Shown here in pieces: positions 9,396 through 19,499 of a stretch of 64,000 nucleotides of DNA. The translations under genes were made by a program, and so were the position numbers. The first letter of the stretch is position 1, and each line of letters begins with the position of its first letter. The DNA comes from Opitutales bacterium (GTDB lineage Bacteria > Verrucomicrobiota > Verrucomicrobiia > Opitutales > PNEW01), in the NCBI GenBank assembly GCA_965197745.1, contig CBDANS010000006.1:1376001-1440000 (forward strand), read 5' to 3'. The notes beneath the pieces are model-generated. The model saw only the letters and a program-made list of their open reading frames with translations, was not told the origin of the DNA and made no database searches.

Positions 9396-11444
9396 ATGGA
9401 GATAAAAATCATCGAGCGATTTCGGGGACTTGTTGTTTTTTCCCTGGTTCTCATGATTTTCAACCCGTTCGGCTGCTCACAGGATATACCATCAACAGAA
9501 TCACACGCACCTGAAGTAACTCAACCCGATTCCGTCAGTACCGAGGGGTTCAGTTTTATTTATAAGGGTCCCATTCCCACCACTTTCAGCGAAGCGCCGG
9601 AACTGGCAAGACGCGTTGCCGCGGGGGAGTTACCTCCGGTGGACAATCGTCTGCCAAAAGAGCCGTTGATTGTTCCCACCATTGAACGCATCGGCCAATA
9701 CGGTGGCACCTGGCGGCGTGCATTCTCGGGTCGCGCCGATCATAACAACTTCGACCGCATAATGCATGACCACTTGATTTACTTTGATTTTGATGGCTAT
9801 ACCCTGATGCCCCATATCGCGAAAGCATGGGAAGTCAGTGAAGACGGGACAACCTTCACTTTCCATCTGCGTCAGGGGATGAAGTGGTCTGATGGAGCGC
9901 CGTTTACAGCCGATGACTTTGTCTTCGCCTTCGAAGACGTGAACCTGAATGAAAATATAAACCCGGTTGTTCCCGCCTACTATAAAATCGATGGGCAACT
10001 GTGCAAAGTGGAAAAGTTAGATGAGACTACGATTCGCTATACCTTTGATAAACCAAACTTTGTCTTCATTGAAAAGGTGGGGGGATTAATTACTGGGGGC
10101 CAATTCAGTTCCCTGGGGATTAATTGTCTCTATGCACCCCGGCATTATTTAAAACAGTTTCTCCCGAAGTATACCCCCTTGAGTGATCTGAAAAAAAGGG
10201 TGAAGATCAACGGTGATAAGAGTTGGGTGCAGCTCTTCAAACGCATGGCTTCACCCCACGAGAATGCTGAACTCCCGGTTATCGGTCCCTGGAAAATGGT
10301 CACACCGATAACGAGTGAAGTTTACACCTTGGAACGCAACCCCTACTACTTTGCCGTCGATCCCAAGGGAAATCAGCTTCCCTATATAGACAGGATTGCA
10401 AGCCACCTGGTTGAACAAATCGAGTTGCTCAATGCCCGTGTCATTGCCGGTGAAGTGGACATGCAGCACCGTCATGTCCTCTTGGACAAGGTTCCGGTTC
10501 TCATGCGGGAAGCAGACAAAGGCAATTACCGCGTGCGTTTCTGGCCAAATTTAGGTGGTTCTGAATCGATCATCTATTTTAATCAAACCTGGCAGGGAGA
10601 CCCGGAAATTGAAAAGTGGCTGAGAAACCGCGATTTTCGGATTGCCCTCTCTCTGGCCATTGATCGTGACGAGATAAATGAATCGATATTTTTGGGCATT
10701 GGTCAGCCCAGGGCCTTCGTGGCCGTGCCGAATAACCCCTATTATCCGGGACCGGAGTACGAGAATAAGTATGCGGTGCGTGACCTGGAAGAATCCAACG
10801 CGATACTTGACAGGCTCGGTCTGGATAAAAAAGACAGCAAAGGTTTTCGCCTGCGCGCCGACGGTAAAGGGCGTGTGATTATTTCGCTATCCGTGCTGAG
10901 TCAGGCGATGGTAAATTTTGAAGGTATCGCTGAACTTCTCGCGAACCACTGGAAGGATGTTGGCATATATGTACATGTACGAGTTGAAGAGCGAAGTTAT
11001 TATGGTAAACGTGCAACTACAAACGAACATCAACTTAGCATGTGGGTTTCCGGCGGTTCTGAAAACCCGTGGACTTACCCCGATATGACCATACCGGGTA
11101 ACAGTGCTTTCGCGCCACTCATCGGTCGCTGGAAATTAACTAAAGGTCGAGAGGGGGTAGCGCCTACCGGGAATCTCCTTCGGTTGCTGGAAATTTACGA
11201 GGAGGGCGGTAAGCTGCCTAAAGAATTACGATCTGAGCTGGGAAAAGAATTATGGAAAATTCATGTGGACAACCTTTATGTTATTGGCACGGTAGGGCAA
11301 TCTCCGGCTATGAATGGCGTTGTCGTGATAAAAAATAATTTCCGCAATGTTCCCGACGTCGCGCCAAACAGCGCGCCATTGCAGAATCCGGGTATTGCCA
11401 GAACCGAACAATTCTTTTTTGATAGCAGCCCGACAAAGTACTGA
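9396..11444 (+). CDS. ABC transporter substrate-binding protein (family 5, peptide/oligosaccharide)
   Basis: Lipoprotein-like N-terminus (FGC), GELPPVDNRLP, GQYGGTWR, LRQGMKWSDGAPFTADD, ERNPYY. Confidence 0.92.
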   Translation: MEIKIIERFRGLVVFSLVLMIFNPFGCSQDIPSTESHAPEVTQPDSVSTEGFSFIYKGPIPTTFSEAPELARRVAAGELPPVDNRLPKEPLIVPTIERIGQYGGTWRRAFSGRADHNNFDRIMHDHLIYFDFDGYTLMPHIAKAWEVSEDGTTFTFHLRQGMKWSDGAPFTADDFVFAFEDVNLNENINPVVPAYYKIDGQLCKVEKLDETTIRYTFDKPNFVFIEKVGGLITGGQFSSLGINCLYAPRHYLKQFLPKYTPLSDLKKRVKINGDKSWVQLFKRMASPHENAELPVIGPWKMVTPITSEVYTLERNPYYFAVDPKGNQLPYIDRIASHLVEQIELLNARVIAGEVDMQHRHVLLDKVPVLMREADKGNYRVRFWPNLGGSESIIYFNQTWQGDPEIEKWLRNRDFRIALSLAIDRDEINESIFLGIGQPRAFVAVPNNPYYPGPEYENKYAVRDLEESNAILDRLGLDKKDSKGFRLRADGKGRVIISLSVLSQAMVNFEGIAELLANHWKDVGIYVHVRVEERSYYGKRATTNEHQLSMWVSGGSENPWTYPDMTIPGNSAFAPLIGRWKLTKGREGVAPTGNLLRLLEIYEEGGKLPKELRSELGKELWKIHVDNLYVIGTVGQSPAMNGVVVIKNNFRNVPDVAPNSAPLQNPGIARTEQFFFDSSPTKY

Positions 11445-11450
11445 AATCAC

Positions 11451-12449
11451 ATGATGACTCAATTAATTCTCCGTCGCATTGCGTGGATGCTGATAATGAC
11501 CGTGGGAATATCCGTCGTTTCCTTTTTCATTATTCAGCTCCCACCGGGTGATTTTCTCGATGCTCACATTGCTCATCTTCAAAATCAAGGGGACAGTGTC
11601 AGCCTGGAAGTTATCGAAAATCTAAGGAGACAGTACGGTTTGGATAAGCCCTTACACATACAATATTTTAAAATGGTTAAGGGTATGCTTCATGGAGACT
11701 TTGGTTGGTCTTTCAGTTATGAGCGTCCCGCAACCGAACTTATTGGCGAACGCCTCCTGCTTACGATCATTCTCACCCTTACCTCAATGCTCTTCACCTA
11801 TATGCTGGCCATTCCTATCGGTATTTATTCGGCCGTGAATCAATATTCGATCAGTGATTACACCTTCACCTTCTTCGGATTTATCGGTCTGGCCGTGCCC
11901 AATTTCCTGCTCGCTCTCGTGCTCATGTACTTTGCCTACTCCGTGTTTGGCCTCAGCATCGGCGGGCTTTTTTCACCCGAATACATAGTAGCGCCCTGGA
12001 GTCTGGCGCGCGTCTGGGATTTATGTAAGCATCTCTGGATACCCGCCATCGTCTTAGGCGTTGCCGGGACCGCGGGAATAATCCGTGTCATCCGCGCCAA
12101 CCTGCTCGACGAACTTCAGAAACCTTACGTCGTTACCGCACGCGCCAAAGGCTTGCGCGAGTGGAAGCTCATTCTGAAATATCCCGTCCGTATCACCATG
12201 AATCCCGTTCTCAGTACCATCGGCTATATCCTGCCAGTATTAGTCTCGGGCAGTGTGATTGTTTCGGTAGTGCTCAGTCTGCCCACGGTTGGACCCCTGC
12301 TCCTGCGAGCGCTTGTTTCTCAAGACATGTACCTCGCCGGCACCATTGTCCTTTTGCTTGGAGTGCTGACGATAATAGGCACCCTCATTTCTGATATATT
12401 ACTCATTATTTCGGATCCCCGAATCCGTACCGGGGGAAGTGAGTCATGA
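11451..12449 (+). CDS. ABC transporter permease (DppB/OppB-like)
   Basis: IIQLPPGD, YGLDKP, YVVTARAKGL EAA-loop, multiple TM segments. Confidence 0.93.
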   Translation: MMTQLILRRIAWMLIMTVGISVVSFFIIQLPPGDFLDAHIAHLQNQGDSVSLEVIENLRRQYGLDKPLHIQYFKMVKGMLHGDFGWSFSYERPATELIGERLLLTIILTLTSMLFTYMLAIPIGIYSAVNQYSISDYTFTFFGFIGLAVPNFLLALVLMYFAYSVFGLSIGGLFSPEYIVAPWSLARVWDLCKHLWIPAIVLGVAGTAGIIRVIRANLLDELQKPYVVTARAKGLREWKLILKYPVRITMNPVLSTIGYILPVLVSGSVIVSVVLSLPTVGPLLLRALVSQDMYLAGTIVLLLGVLTIIGTLISDILLIISDPRIRTGGSES

Positions 12450-13585
12450 GCAAGGATTCGACCACAACCGAATTGAATGAAGCGGGAGTCGTTCGCAAAG
12501 ATATCGCCACGCAATGGCAACTGGTGTGGTGGCGGTTCCGCAGTCATAAGATGGCCCTCATCGCATTATACGTCGTCATAATATTATACCTCATTGCCCT
12601 ATTCGCCGAATTTCTGGCCACCGGTGATCCCCACATTACGAATTCCTATTATGCCTACTGTCCCCCGCAATCAATACACTGGTTCGATGATGGAGCCTTC
12701 CGTCCCTACGTGGAGAGCCTCACGGGACGACGTGACCCGGAAACATACGCACGTGTGTATACTTTAGATCCCAACAAGAAATTACCCGTTCATCTCTTCT
12801 CGCATGGAGATCCCTATAAATTCCTGGGATTATTTAAAATGGACTGGCACCTGTTCAGTATTCAGGATGACGGCAGGCGCACCGATATCTTTTGGATCGG
12901 AACAGATGAACTGGGGAGGGATCTCTGGTCCCGTCTTATATACGGGACACGCATCTCCCTTTCGATTGGTCTGGTCGGTGTGGCCTTGAGCCTTCTTCTC
13001 GGTATTACCCTGGGCGGACTGTCCGGTTACCTGGGGGGGGTGGTGGACAACGGTATCCAGCGCTCGATCGAATTCATTCGTTCCATTCCGACGATCCCAC
13101 TCTGGATGGGACTGGCGGCAGCATTACCGAAAGACTGGTCTATCATAAAAATTTATTTCGCGATAACCCTGATAATTTCACTTATCGGTTGGACAGAGCT
13201 TGCCCGCGTGGTGCGTGGAAAGTTTCTTGCGCTGCGGGAAGAAGATTTCGTGATGGCGGCGCGCTTGTGCGGGTGCAGCACGATACGAATAATTTTCCGC
13301 CATATGCTTCCCTCGTTTATGAGCCACATTATTGCGGCTACGACCCTTGCCATCCCCGTTATGATCATCAGCGAAACAGCGCTCAGCTTTTTGGGCCTTG
13401 GCTTGCGCGCGCCAGCCATCAGTTGGGGGGTCCTCCTTCAGCGAGCCCAGAATATACAGACGGTCGCCCTCTATCCCTGGATGATGCTCCCCGCCGGTGC
13501 TGTCATTGTCGCTGTTCTCGCCTTTAACTTTTTAGGGGACGGATTGCGCGACGCGGCGGATCCGTACTCGAGTACATCAAAATAA
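12446..13585 (+). CDS. ABC transporter permease (DppC/OppC-like)
   Basis: GTDELGRDLWSRLIYGTRISL, FVMAARLCG, FNFLGDGLRDAADP. Confidence 0.93.
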   Translation: MSKDSTTTELNEAGVVRKDIATQWQLVWWRFRSHKMALIALYVVIILYLIALFAEFLATGDPHITNSYYAYCPPQSIHWFDDGAFRPYVESLTGRRDPETYARVYTLDPNKKLPVHLFSHGDPYKFLGLFKMDWHLFSIQDDGRRTDIFWIGTDELGRDLWSRLIYGTRISLSIGLVGVALSLLLGITLGGLSGYLGGVVDNGIQRSIEFIRSIPTIPLWMGLAAALPKDWSIIKIYFAITLIISLIGWTELARVVRGKFLALREEDFVMAARLCGCSTIRIIFRHMLPSFMSHIIAATTLAIPVMIISETALSFLGLGLRAPAISWGVLLQRAQNIQTVALYPWMMLPAGAVIVAVLAFNFLGDGLRDAADPYSSTSK

Positions 13586-13887
13586 TCGGTGAACAGCCCA
13601 ACGGATATGCGGGGATGCGTTAATGTGGATATGCGGGATGCGTTAATGCGTGTAAGCGAAAATGCGGAAATGCGAGGGTGACGGCTGATCGCATCCGTTG
13701 GATTTTATTATTAATTGGAAAAATACGGCCACGACGACGCGTGGCCCTCCAGGAATAATGTGATTATGGGATCATGTGTGGATGAGTATAAGCAGAAATG
13801 CGGGAATAAAATAACGCGTTTATAACCTTTACACAAGTTTAATTGTGTGTTATATTTACCCTTAATTAAACCAAAATTAAGGACAAT

Positions 13888-14742
13888 ATGAAAAGTTTCT
13901 ATGAATTCCAAAAGCAATTCCCTAACGATGAAGCATGTTTGCAACGTATTATGGTTGAGCGCTATGGTGGCACAGAGCTTGACTGCCCAAAATGTGACGC
14001 TTTTAGTAAGTTTTATCGCATGACAAGAGATCGTGGATATGTATGCCAACACTGTGGTCATCATCTTTACCCATGTGTTGGAACACTTATGGGGAATACC
14101 CACCTTCCTCTCCATAAGTGGTTCTACGCCATGTATTTGTTTTCTACTTCTCGGCATGGTGTTGCAGCAATGGAACTGAGTCGGCAACTTGACGTGCCAT
14201 ACAAAACCGCATGGCGTATGGCGCACGAAATTCGCAAATATATGGCGGACGTTGACGGTGAAAATACTTTGAAAGGTATTGTAGAAGCCGACGAAATCTA
14301 TATTTGGGGGAGACATTCTGGGGGCAAGCGTGGACGTGGTGCATCTAATAAAACGGTGGTCTTTGGGATGCTTGAACGTAACGGCGAAATAATGACTAAA
14401 ATTGTTCCTAATGTTCGCAAACACGTCCTTCAACCCATTGTTAAAGAAAACGTGAAACAAGGAAGCATAATGCATACTGATGAACTCCGATCTTATAATG
14501 GGATTAATAAAATTGGTTATAGGCATAGAACTGTTAATCACGGGGATGGCGAATATAGTCGGGGAGATATTCATGTTAACGGGATTGAGGGGTTCTGGGC
14601 GCGCTTGAAGCTTTCGATACGCGGGACGCACGTCCACGTTTCGAAGAAGCATCTCCAGAAATATGTGAAGGAGTTTGAATATCGCTACAATCGTCGGGAT
14701 TGGCCGAACGCGATTTTTGGGGATTTGGTCGCAAATCTTTAG
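13888..14742 (+). CDS. IS1595-family transposase (Zn-ribbon + ISXO2-like DDE)
   Basis: CPKC...CQHC, KWFYAMYL, VEADE, HTDE, VNH, HVNGIEGFW, EFEYRYNRR. Confidence 0.93.
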   Translation: MKSFYEFQKQFPNDEACLQRIMVERYGGTELDCPKCDAFSKFYRMTRDRGYVCQHCGHHLYPCVGTLMGNTHLPLHKWFYAMYLFSTSRHGVAAMELSRQLDVPYKTAWRMAHEIRKYMADVDGENTLKGIVEADEIYIWGRHSGGKRGRGASNKTVVFGMLERNGEIMTKIVPNVRKHVLQPIVKENVKQGSIMHTDELRSYNGINKIGYRHRTVNHGDGEYSRGDIHVNGIEGFWARLKLSIRGTHVHVSKKHLQKYVKEFEYRYNRRDWPNAIFGDLVANL

Positions 14743-14822
14743 AGCACGCTGCTTTGATCAGTGCATTAAACCTCGCCTGTGATTTAGTTGTCATTTTGAG
14801 TCATTAAGCGTTCTATTTCTGA

Positions 14823-15230
14823 TCATGGTATGGTAACAAAGCAATCAACGAGTAATTGATAAGCTCCTTTCCTCTTACAGCCACGTTTACCACGTACATA
14901 TACTACAGTTCCAACATCGTATGGAGGGCGTTTATAATCTTTTGTAGAGCATTGAATGTCGTATAAAAATTCGCCTTGCATATCTCGAGCAAAAAAGTGA
15001 TCGAGACCATCAATATTCTCAACTCTCAAAACATATATCACATAGTTTTGTTTGAAAACAAAAAGCCACGTTTTTAATTCAGGAATAGCACATAAAAGAA
15101 CACACAAAAGCATCAAACTTGCAAAGCCAAACAATATCATTGTGGACTCCTGGTGGATGTAGAACTCGATAATAAGACCAATCCCGACTCCAAAGCCAAA
15201 CAGGAAACAGTTTCTAAGTCTTTTAACCAC
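14823..15230 (-). CDS. IS passenger gene: hypothetical membrane protein (two N-terminal TM helices)
   Basis: 135-aa AT-rich ORF inside the TIRs, convergent with the transposase; two hydrophobic segments followed by a beta-rich soluble part. Confidence 0.6.
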   Translation of the reverse strand: MVKRLRNCFLFGFGVGIGLIIEFYIHQESTMILFGFASLMLLCVLLCAIPELKTWLFVFKQNYVIYVLRVENIDGLDHFFARDMQGEFLYDIQCSTKDYKRPPYDVGTVVYVRGKRGCKRKGAYQLLVDCFVTIP

Positions 15231-15285
15231 TTATGTTTCATAATTAATGGTTGTTGTCTTGTGTTAAGGTTATAAACGCGATAGA

Positions 15286-16426
15286 TTGAGATGGCATTGT
15301 AAAAACAGATGTTTATACCTGCGAAGTTATTTAGTATTATTACTAATAGCAGGAATGTCATCTTGCTCTGACTCATCCCAAAAAAACAAAGCGGATCAAA
15401 GGCCAAATATCCTTTTGCTGGTTGCTGATGATCTGGGGGATGCTGATCTTGGGTGTTATGGCGGTGATATCGAAACACCAAATATTGATAATTTAGCCGC
15501 CGCTGGCTTGAGGTTCAGCAGATTTTATACTTCCCCACTCTGCGCTCCTTCAAGAGCAATGCTACTTTCAGGAAATGATAATCACATAGCTGGAATGGGT
15601 AGGCAACACCTCCGCACCAGTGAATTTGGATATGAGGGAATGTTGACAGATCGTGTAGCAACAATTCCACAAGTGCTCAGAAACGCCGGTTACCATACAT
15701 ACATGGCTGGGAAATGGCACCTCGGGATGGACAATCCTCACTTAAAAGGATTTGAACATTCTTTCGTGCTTATTGGAGGTGGAGCAAACCACTATGACGA
15801 CCAGGGGTTCATGGCTGATACGCCCGTTTCATTATATACCGAGGATGGGCAACCTGCTCGCTGGGAAGGAGGTAACTACTCCACTGATTTTTATACCGAC
15901 AAACTCATAGAATACATAGACCGTCATCAAGGAGATCGAAAACCCTTCTTTGCTTATGCTGCATATACGTCACCGCATTGGCCTTTGCAGGTAGATGAAT
16001 CATACTGGAAAAAATATGCAGGTCGTTATGATGACGGCTACGAAGAATTAAAAGAAAGACGGCTGGAAAGTCTCAAAAATGCAGGAATGATACCCGAAGA
16101 CGCAGTCTTACCTCCCAATCATGAAATGGTGAAGCCATGGGATTCCTTGACTGCAGAAGAAATGAAAAAGGAATCTAGAAAAATGGAGCTATACGCAGGA
16201 ATGGTTGATAATCTGGATTTAAATATCGGTAGATTAATACAGCACTTAAAACACATTGGCGAATATGAAAACACCTTGATAGTTTTTATCTCTGATAATG
16301 GAGCTGCCGCCGAAGATTTCTATTACCATGAATATTTTGGCCCATTTATTCGGGAACATTTTAATGATGACTATGAGAGTATGGGAAAACCTAACTCTTT
16401 TATATCCTCTGGTCCTCAATGGGCAG
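15286..16426 (+). pseudogene. Arylsulfatase, 3'-truncated by IS3
   Basis: PNILLLVADDLG, formylglycine motif CAPSRAMLLSG, GKWHLG, SDNG; sulfatase-like sequence stops at GPQWA where the IS end begins. Confidence 0.88.
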
Positions 16427-17510
16427 TGGTCGTGACCACGAAAACTGGTCCACTTGAAAAGTTAGTCTGGGACACCTAGAAAGGACTCAGACAATGAAAG
16501 GCAAAAGCTATACAACCGAAGAGAAGATACGGATGCTGCGGCAGGCGGACAAAGGGAAAACGATCCTGGAAGCATGCCGCGAGAACAACATAAGCGAACA
16601 GAGCTTCCACCGCTGGAAGCGTGAGTTTGGGATGATTGATGTCAACCAGGCCAAGCGGATGAAGGAACTCGAGAAGGAGAACGCGCGGTTAAAACGGATG
16701 CTGGCGGACAAGCTGCTGGGGATAGAGATCCTGCAGGAGACGCTTGAAAAAAAATGGTAGATGTCGCTTATGCTCGGTAGTAAGCCCTGGGCACAAGCGG
16801 CAAGTGGCAGAGAGACTTGTGGCTCGGGGCCAGTGTTCGATGCGAGCGGGGTGCCGGTACTTTCGGCTGCACCGTTGCACCTATGCGTATAGGGCCAAGC
16901 AACCGGATGCTTGGTTAATGAAACTGAAGGCGGCAGTAAGGCGGTTATCACGGCAATAGGCGAGGTGGGGCTATCCGAAGATCACGAAGCTGCTGAAGGA
17001 CGAAGGCTGGCAGATGGGTAAACGTCTGCGACGTGATCAGGGCTGGCGATCCCCCCCACGCAAGCCAAGACGCCGGCGCAGGGGTGTCTCCACCGGGCTG
17101 CCGACCAAGGCCGAACATCCCGGCCATGTTTGGACCTGGGATTTTATCCACGATAAGACGGTCCGCGGTGGCAGTTTAAAAATGTTGTCCGTGCTCGATG
17201 AGTAGACCCGCGAGTGCCGGGTGATCCATGTCGATCGCCATATCAATGCGGAGACGGTGCGCGGTCTCATGCAAAAACTGTTCGACTGGCATGGACCTCC
17301 ACCATTTATCCGTAGCGACTATGGATCGGTTCCGAGGGAAGCGCTCATGCTTAAACCAAGAGTGGTTTCTAAGCGTTACCGAAACGCGTGTTGTCATCCA
17401 TGCGTGGAAGCAAAATACAATGCCCAACACCCTCATTGTCGGCTAGGCTTTCTCTGTCTCAACGCTTTTGCCAAACGCTTGCAGGAACTCAATCCAACAG
17501 GTCCTGGCTT
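16427..17510 (+). mobile_element. Degenerate IS3-family element (right end missing)
   Basis: IS3-type left end TGGTCGTGACCACGAAAACTGGTCCAC; orfA 16494-16760; A8 slippery run; orfB fragments (WGYPKI, HVWTWDF, LSVLDE, FIRSD) broken by TAGs at 16957 and 17203 and by deletions. Confidence 0.85.
16494..16760 (+). CDS. IS3-family transposase OrfA
   Basis: HTH (CRENNISEQSFHRWKREFG) plus leucine zipper (RMKELEKENARLKRMLAD), ending EKKW*. Confidence 0.88.
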   Translation: MKGKSYTTEEKIRMLRQADKGKTILEACRENNISEQSFHRWKREFGMIDVNQAKRMKELEKENARLKRMLADKLLGIEILQETLEKKW

Positions 17511-17568
17511 TAGGTTATGCGCTGAATGTAAGAATCTGGTTAAAGATTAATCAATTAAAATACTATTA

Positions 17569-17904
17569 TTAGGGCCATATTAAAGAATCCCAATTTTTCG
17601 ACTTAGCCAAATTCTCTTCAGCCCATTTTCGTTTCCAAATAGACAGAGAGTATCGAACACCTTTACGCGGTGGTTTAGGGAGGTCTTTAGTAAAATAACC
17701 TACATCTTTCTCAAAGTAAGAGGCAATCTTACATAAATTTTTAAATGTAATATTCTGCTCGCCTCTCTCAACTCTGCCGATGTAGCTGCGATCAAGTTTG
17801 ATTTTTTTGGCTAGTTTCTCTTGTGATACGCCTTTTTGATCCCTGACTAAGCGAATCCTGTCTCCAAGTTCGTATAATGCACGGGTTGGAAGATCTAAAG
17901 CCAT
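17569..17904 (-). CDS. Xre-family HTH transcriptional regulator
   Basis: LGDRIRLVRDQKGVSQEKLA...DRSYIGRVERGEQNITFKNLCKIA. Confidence 0.9.
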   Translation of the reverse strand: MALDLPTRALYELGDRIRLVRDQKGVSQEKLAKKIKLDRSYIGRVERGEQNITFKNLCKIASYFEKDVGYFTKDLPKPPRKGVRYSLSIWKRKWAEENLAKSKNWDSLIWP

Positions 17905-18136
17905 AATTACTGGTTAATTTGTGAGACTTATAGTCCTCTTTTACGTTAGGTTAAAATTTATATATAGGATTCGTAAGTAATTATAGAATAAACATATGTA
18001 TAATATAAATAAATTGATCCCAAGCAGATTAAAAAGCTTTTGATAACATAGTAAGGGCAACTTTTATTAAAATCAAACATAATGAGAGGACCAAAAACCG
18101 CAGAGCTCTGCGGAAATTTAAAACAGGAGATAGAAA

Positions 18137-19012
18137 ATGAAATCAAGGTTAAGACAAACATTTAGAACCAAAAAATATTCAGTGGCACGGTTAACGATGA
18201 TGGCAAAAGACGCGATCAAAAGTGCTGAGGATCATCAACGAAGCGCCATCGATTCTGTCAAGGAAGCCGGGGACTTGCTCATTAAATTAAAAAGCCGTGT
18301 TAAAAAGATACGAGACTCAGATACTGGGAGGTTGATGTATAATTGGGAAGATTGGGTAGTGGGAAACATTGGGATTTCGGCTCGGTCTGCTCAAGATTAT
18401 ATGCAGATTGCTAGAAAGTGGAACAAATTAGCAGAGGAAGCACGAAAGGGTAATCTAAGTAAAGACCGAGCACTGCGAATTCTCCGAGGTAAAGAAGACA
18501 ATCAACCAAGCCCAACACCTGATACTCCAGAGCAACCAGGAATTAGGCTTAGGGGTAAACAATTGAGAATACGTGAAGCTCGGAGAGATCTTAGCAGACG
18601 CATAAATGGATTCATCGGAAGATGCACCGACGATGAAGTGCTATTTTTGGTAGAACAGGATAATATGGAGCTATTGAACAGGGTATTTAAGAAACTGTGT
18701 AATCAAATAAAGCCTATTGCTCCTATATTGGTTAAAGCTGAGGAAAAGCGCAACAACCCACCTGATCATTTACTACATGCAGACTACGAAGAAGATGAAG
18801 GGTATGAGGAGAAGCAGGAATATTTTAAAAAAATAGATTTAAAAATTCTTGAACACTTCAAGCAACGGAATGACTTAACACCATACCAACGCAAACAAAT
18901 ACTAAAAGCAGTTGGTGGAAAAAAAGGATGCCATGGGAAAAGATTGTTAATTGAACATTTAGTATCGCATGAATCAGATAGCCAAAGGGAACGGATTGAT
19001 CAGGCAGCATAA
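18137..19012 (+). CDS. DUF3102-like domain protein
   Basis: EAGDLLIKLK...WEDWV...ISARSAQDYMQIA resembles the DUF3102 consensus; CAGGAGA RBS; divergent from the HTH gene. Confidence 0.65.
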   Translation: MKSRLRQTFRTKKYSVARLTMMAKDAIKSAEDHQRSAIDSVKEAGDLLIKLKSRVKKIRDSDTGRLMYNWEDWVVGNIGISARSAQDYMQIARKWNKLAEEARKGNLSKDRALRILRGKEDNQPSPTPDTPEQPGIRLRGKQLRIREARRDLSRRINGFIGRCTDDEVLFLVEQDNMELLNRVFKKLCNQIKPIAPILVKAEEKRNNPPDHLLHADYEEDEGYEEKQEYFKKIDLKILEHFKQRNDLTPYQRKQILKAVGGKKGCHGKRLLIEHLVSHESDSQRERIDQAA

Positions 19013-19168
19013 AATAACGTAGGTATAAAGATGCTTGAAGTGTCCTGACGAAACGATATTTGGCGGGAATGACGCAGGAAGGCTTTTTTCTGGCACCCAG
19101 AGGACATGAAATGTTTTCCAGGGCATTGTGGTTGTGGGATATGGGCATAGTGCCGTCAGATTTAACTC

Positions 19169-19197
19169 TTGACGTCGAGGAATCCCTTGGTTATACA
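19169..19197 (+). promoter_or_regulatory. Candidate sigma70 promoter
   Basis: TTGACG-17 bp-TATACA immediately upstream of the 19208-19282 hairpin. Confidence 0.4.
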
Positions 19198-19207
19198 TGC
19201 CTATGTG

Positions 19208-19282
19208 TTCTGCCTTACTTAAGGGTAAAACTTCTCTAAGGCCCCAGAGATCGAATTCAAAACTACCTCTAAGTAAGCAGAA
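19208..19282 (+). ncRNA. Candidate structured small RNA / long hairpin
   Basis: TTCTGCCTTACTTAAGGGTA pairs imperfectly with TACCTCTAAGTAAGCAGAA; inner TCTCT/AGAGA stem; no family recognised. Confidence 0.35.
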
Positions 19283-19397
19283 TGACCCATTCTATAAAAT
19301 GGGCAAGCTACTGGTAATCAATAACCTGAGCATGTCAAGGTTTTAAAAGTAATTAAAAATTAAGATAATAAGTATATAATATAGCTATAGCAGGTGT

Positions 19398-19461
19398 GGC
19401 AACGGTGCAGATATCTAGACCTGCATCGGGGTACGTTTACTTGATCGCGTGCCCAGCTGCC
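19398..19461 (+). ncRNA. Candidate three-way-junction leader RNA upstream of the recombinase
   Basis: GGCA/TGCC closing stem with inner GGTGCAG/CTGCATC and GGGTACG/CGTGCCC stems; GC-rich island between TATAAT (19375-19380) and ATG 19500. Confidence 0.35.
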
Positions 19462-19499
19462 CAAATTTTTTAAATCGAGATAAAAAGAAAGATCGACAA

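Larger units (their letters stand above)
13815..15280. mobile_element. IS1595-family element with passenger gene, 23-bp TIRs
   Basis: Left CGCGTTTATAACCTTTACACAAG (13815-13837); right CTTGTGTTAAGGTTATAAACGCG (15258-15280), 22/23 match as an inverted repeat; no flanking direct repeat. Confidence 0.88.

Noticed and set aside
13711..14652. 313-aa minus-strand ORF
   Set aside because: Antisense shadow of the IS1595 transposase that crosses the TIR; no motifs.
19398..19461. tRNA or tRNA-derived attachment site
   Set aside because: Only two inner arms, no TTC T-loop or CCA end, and internal to the element.
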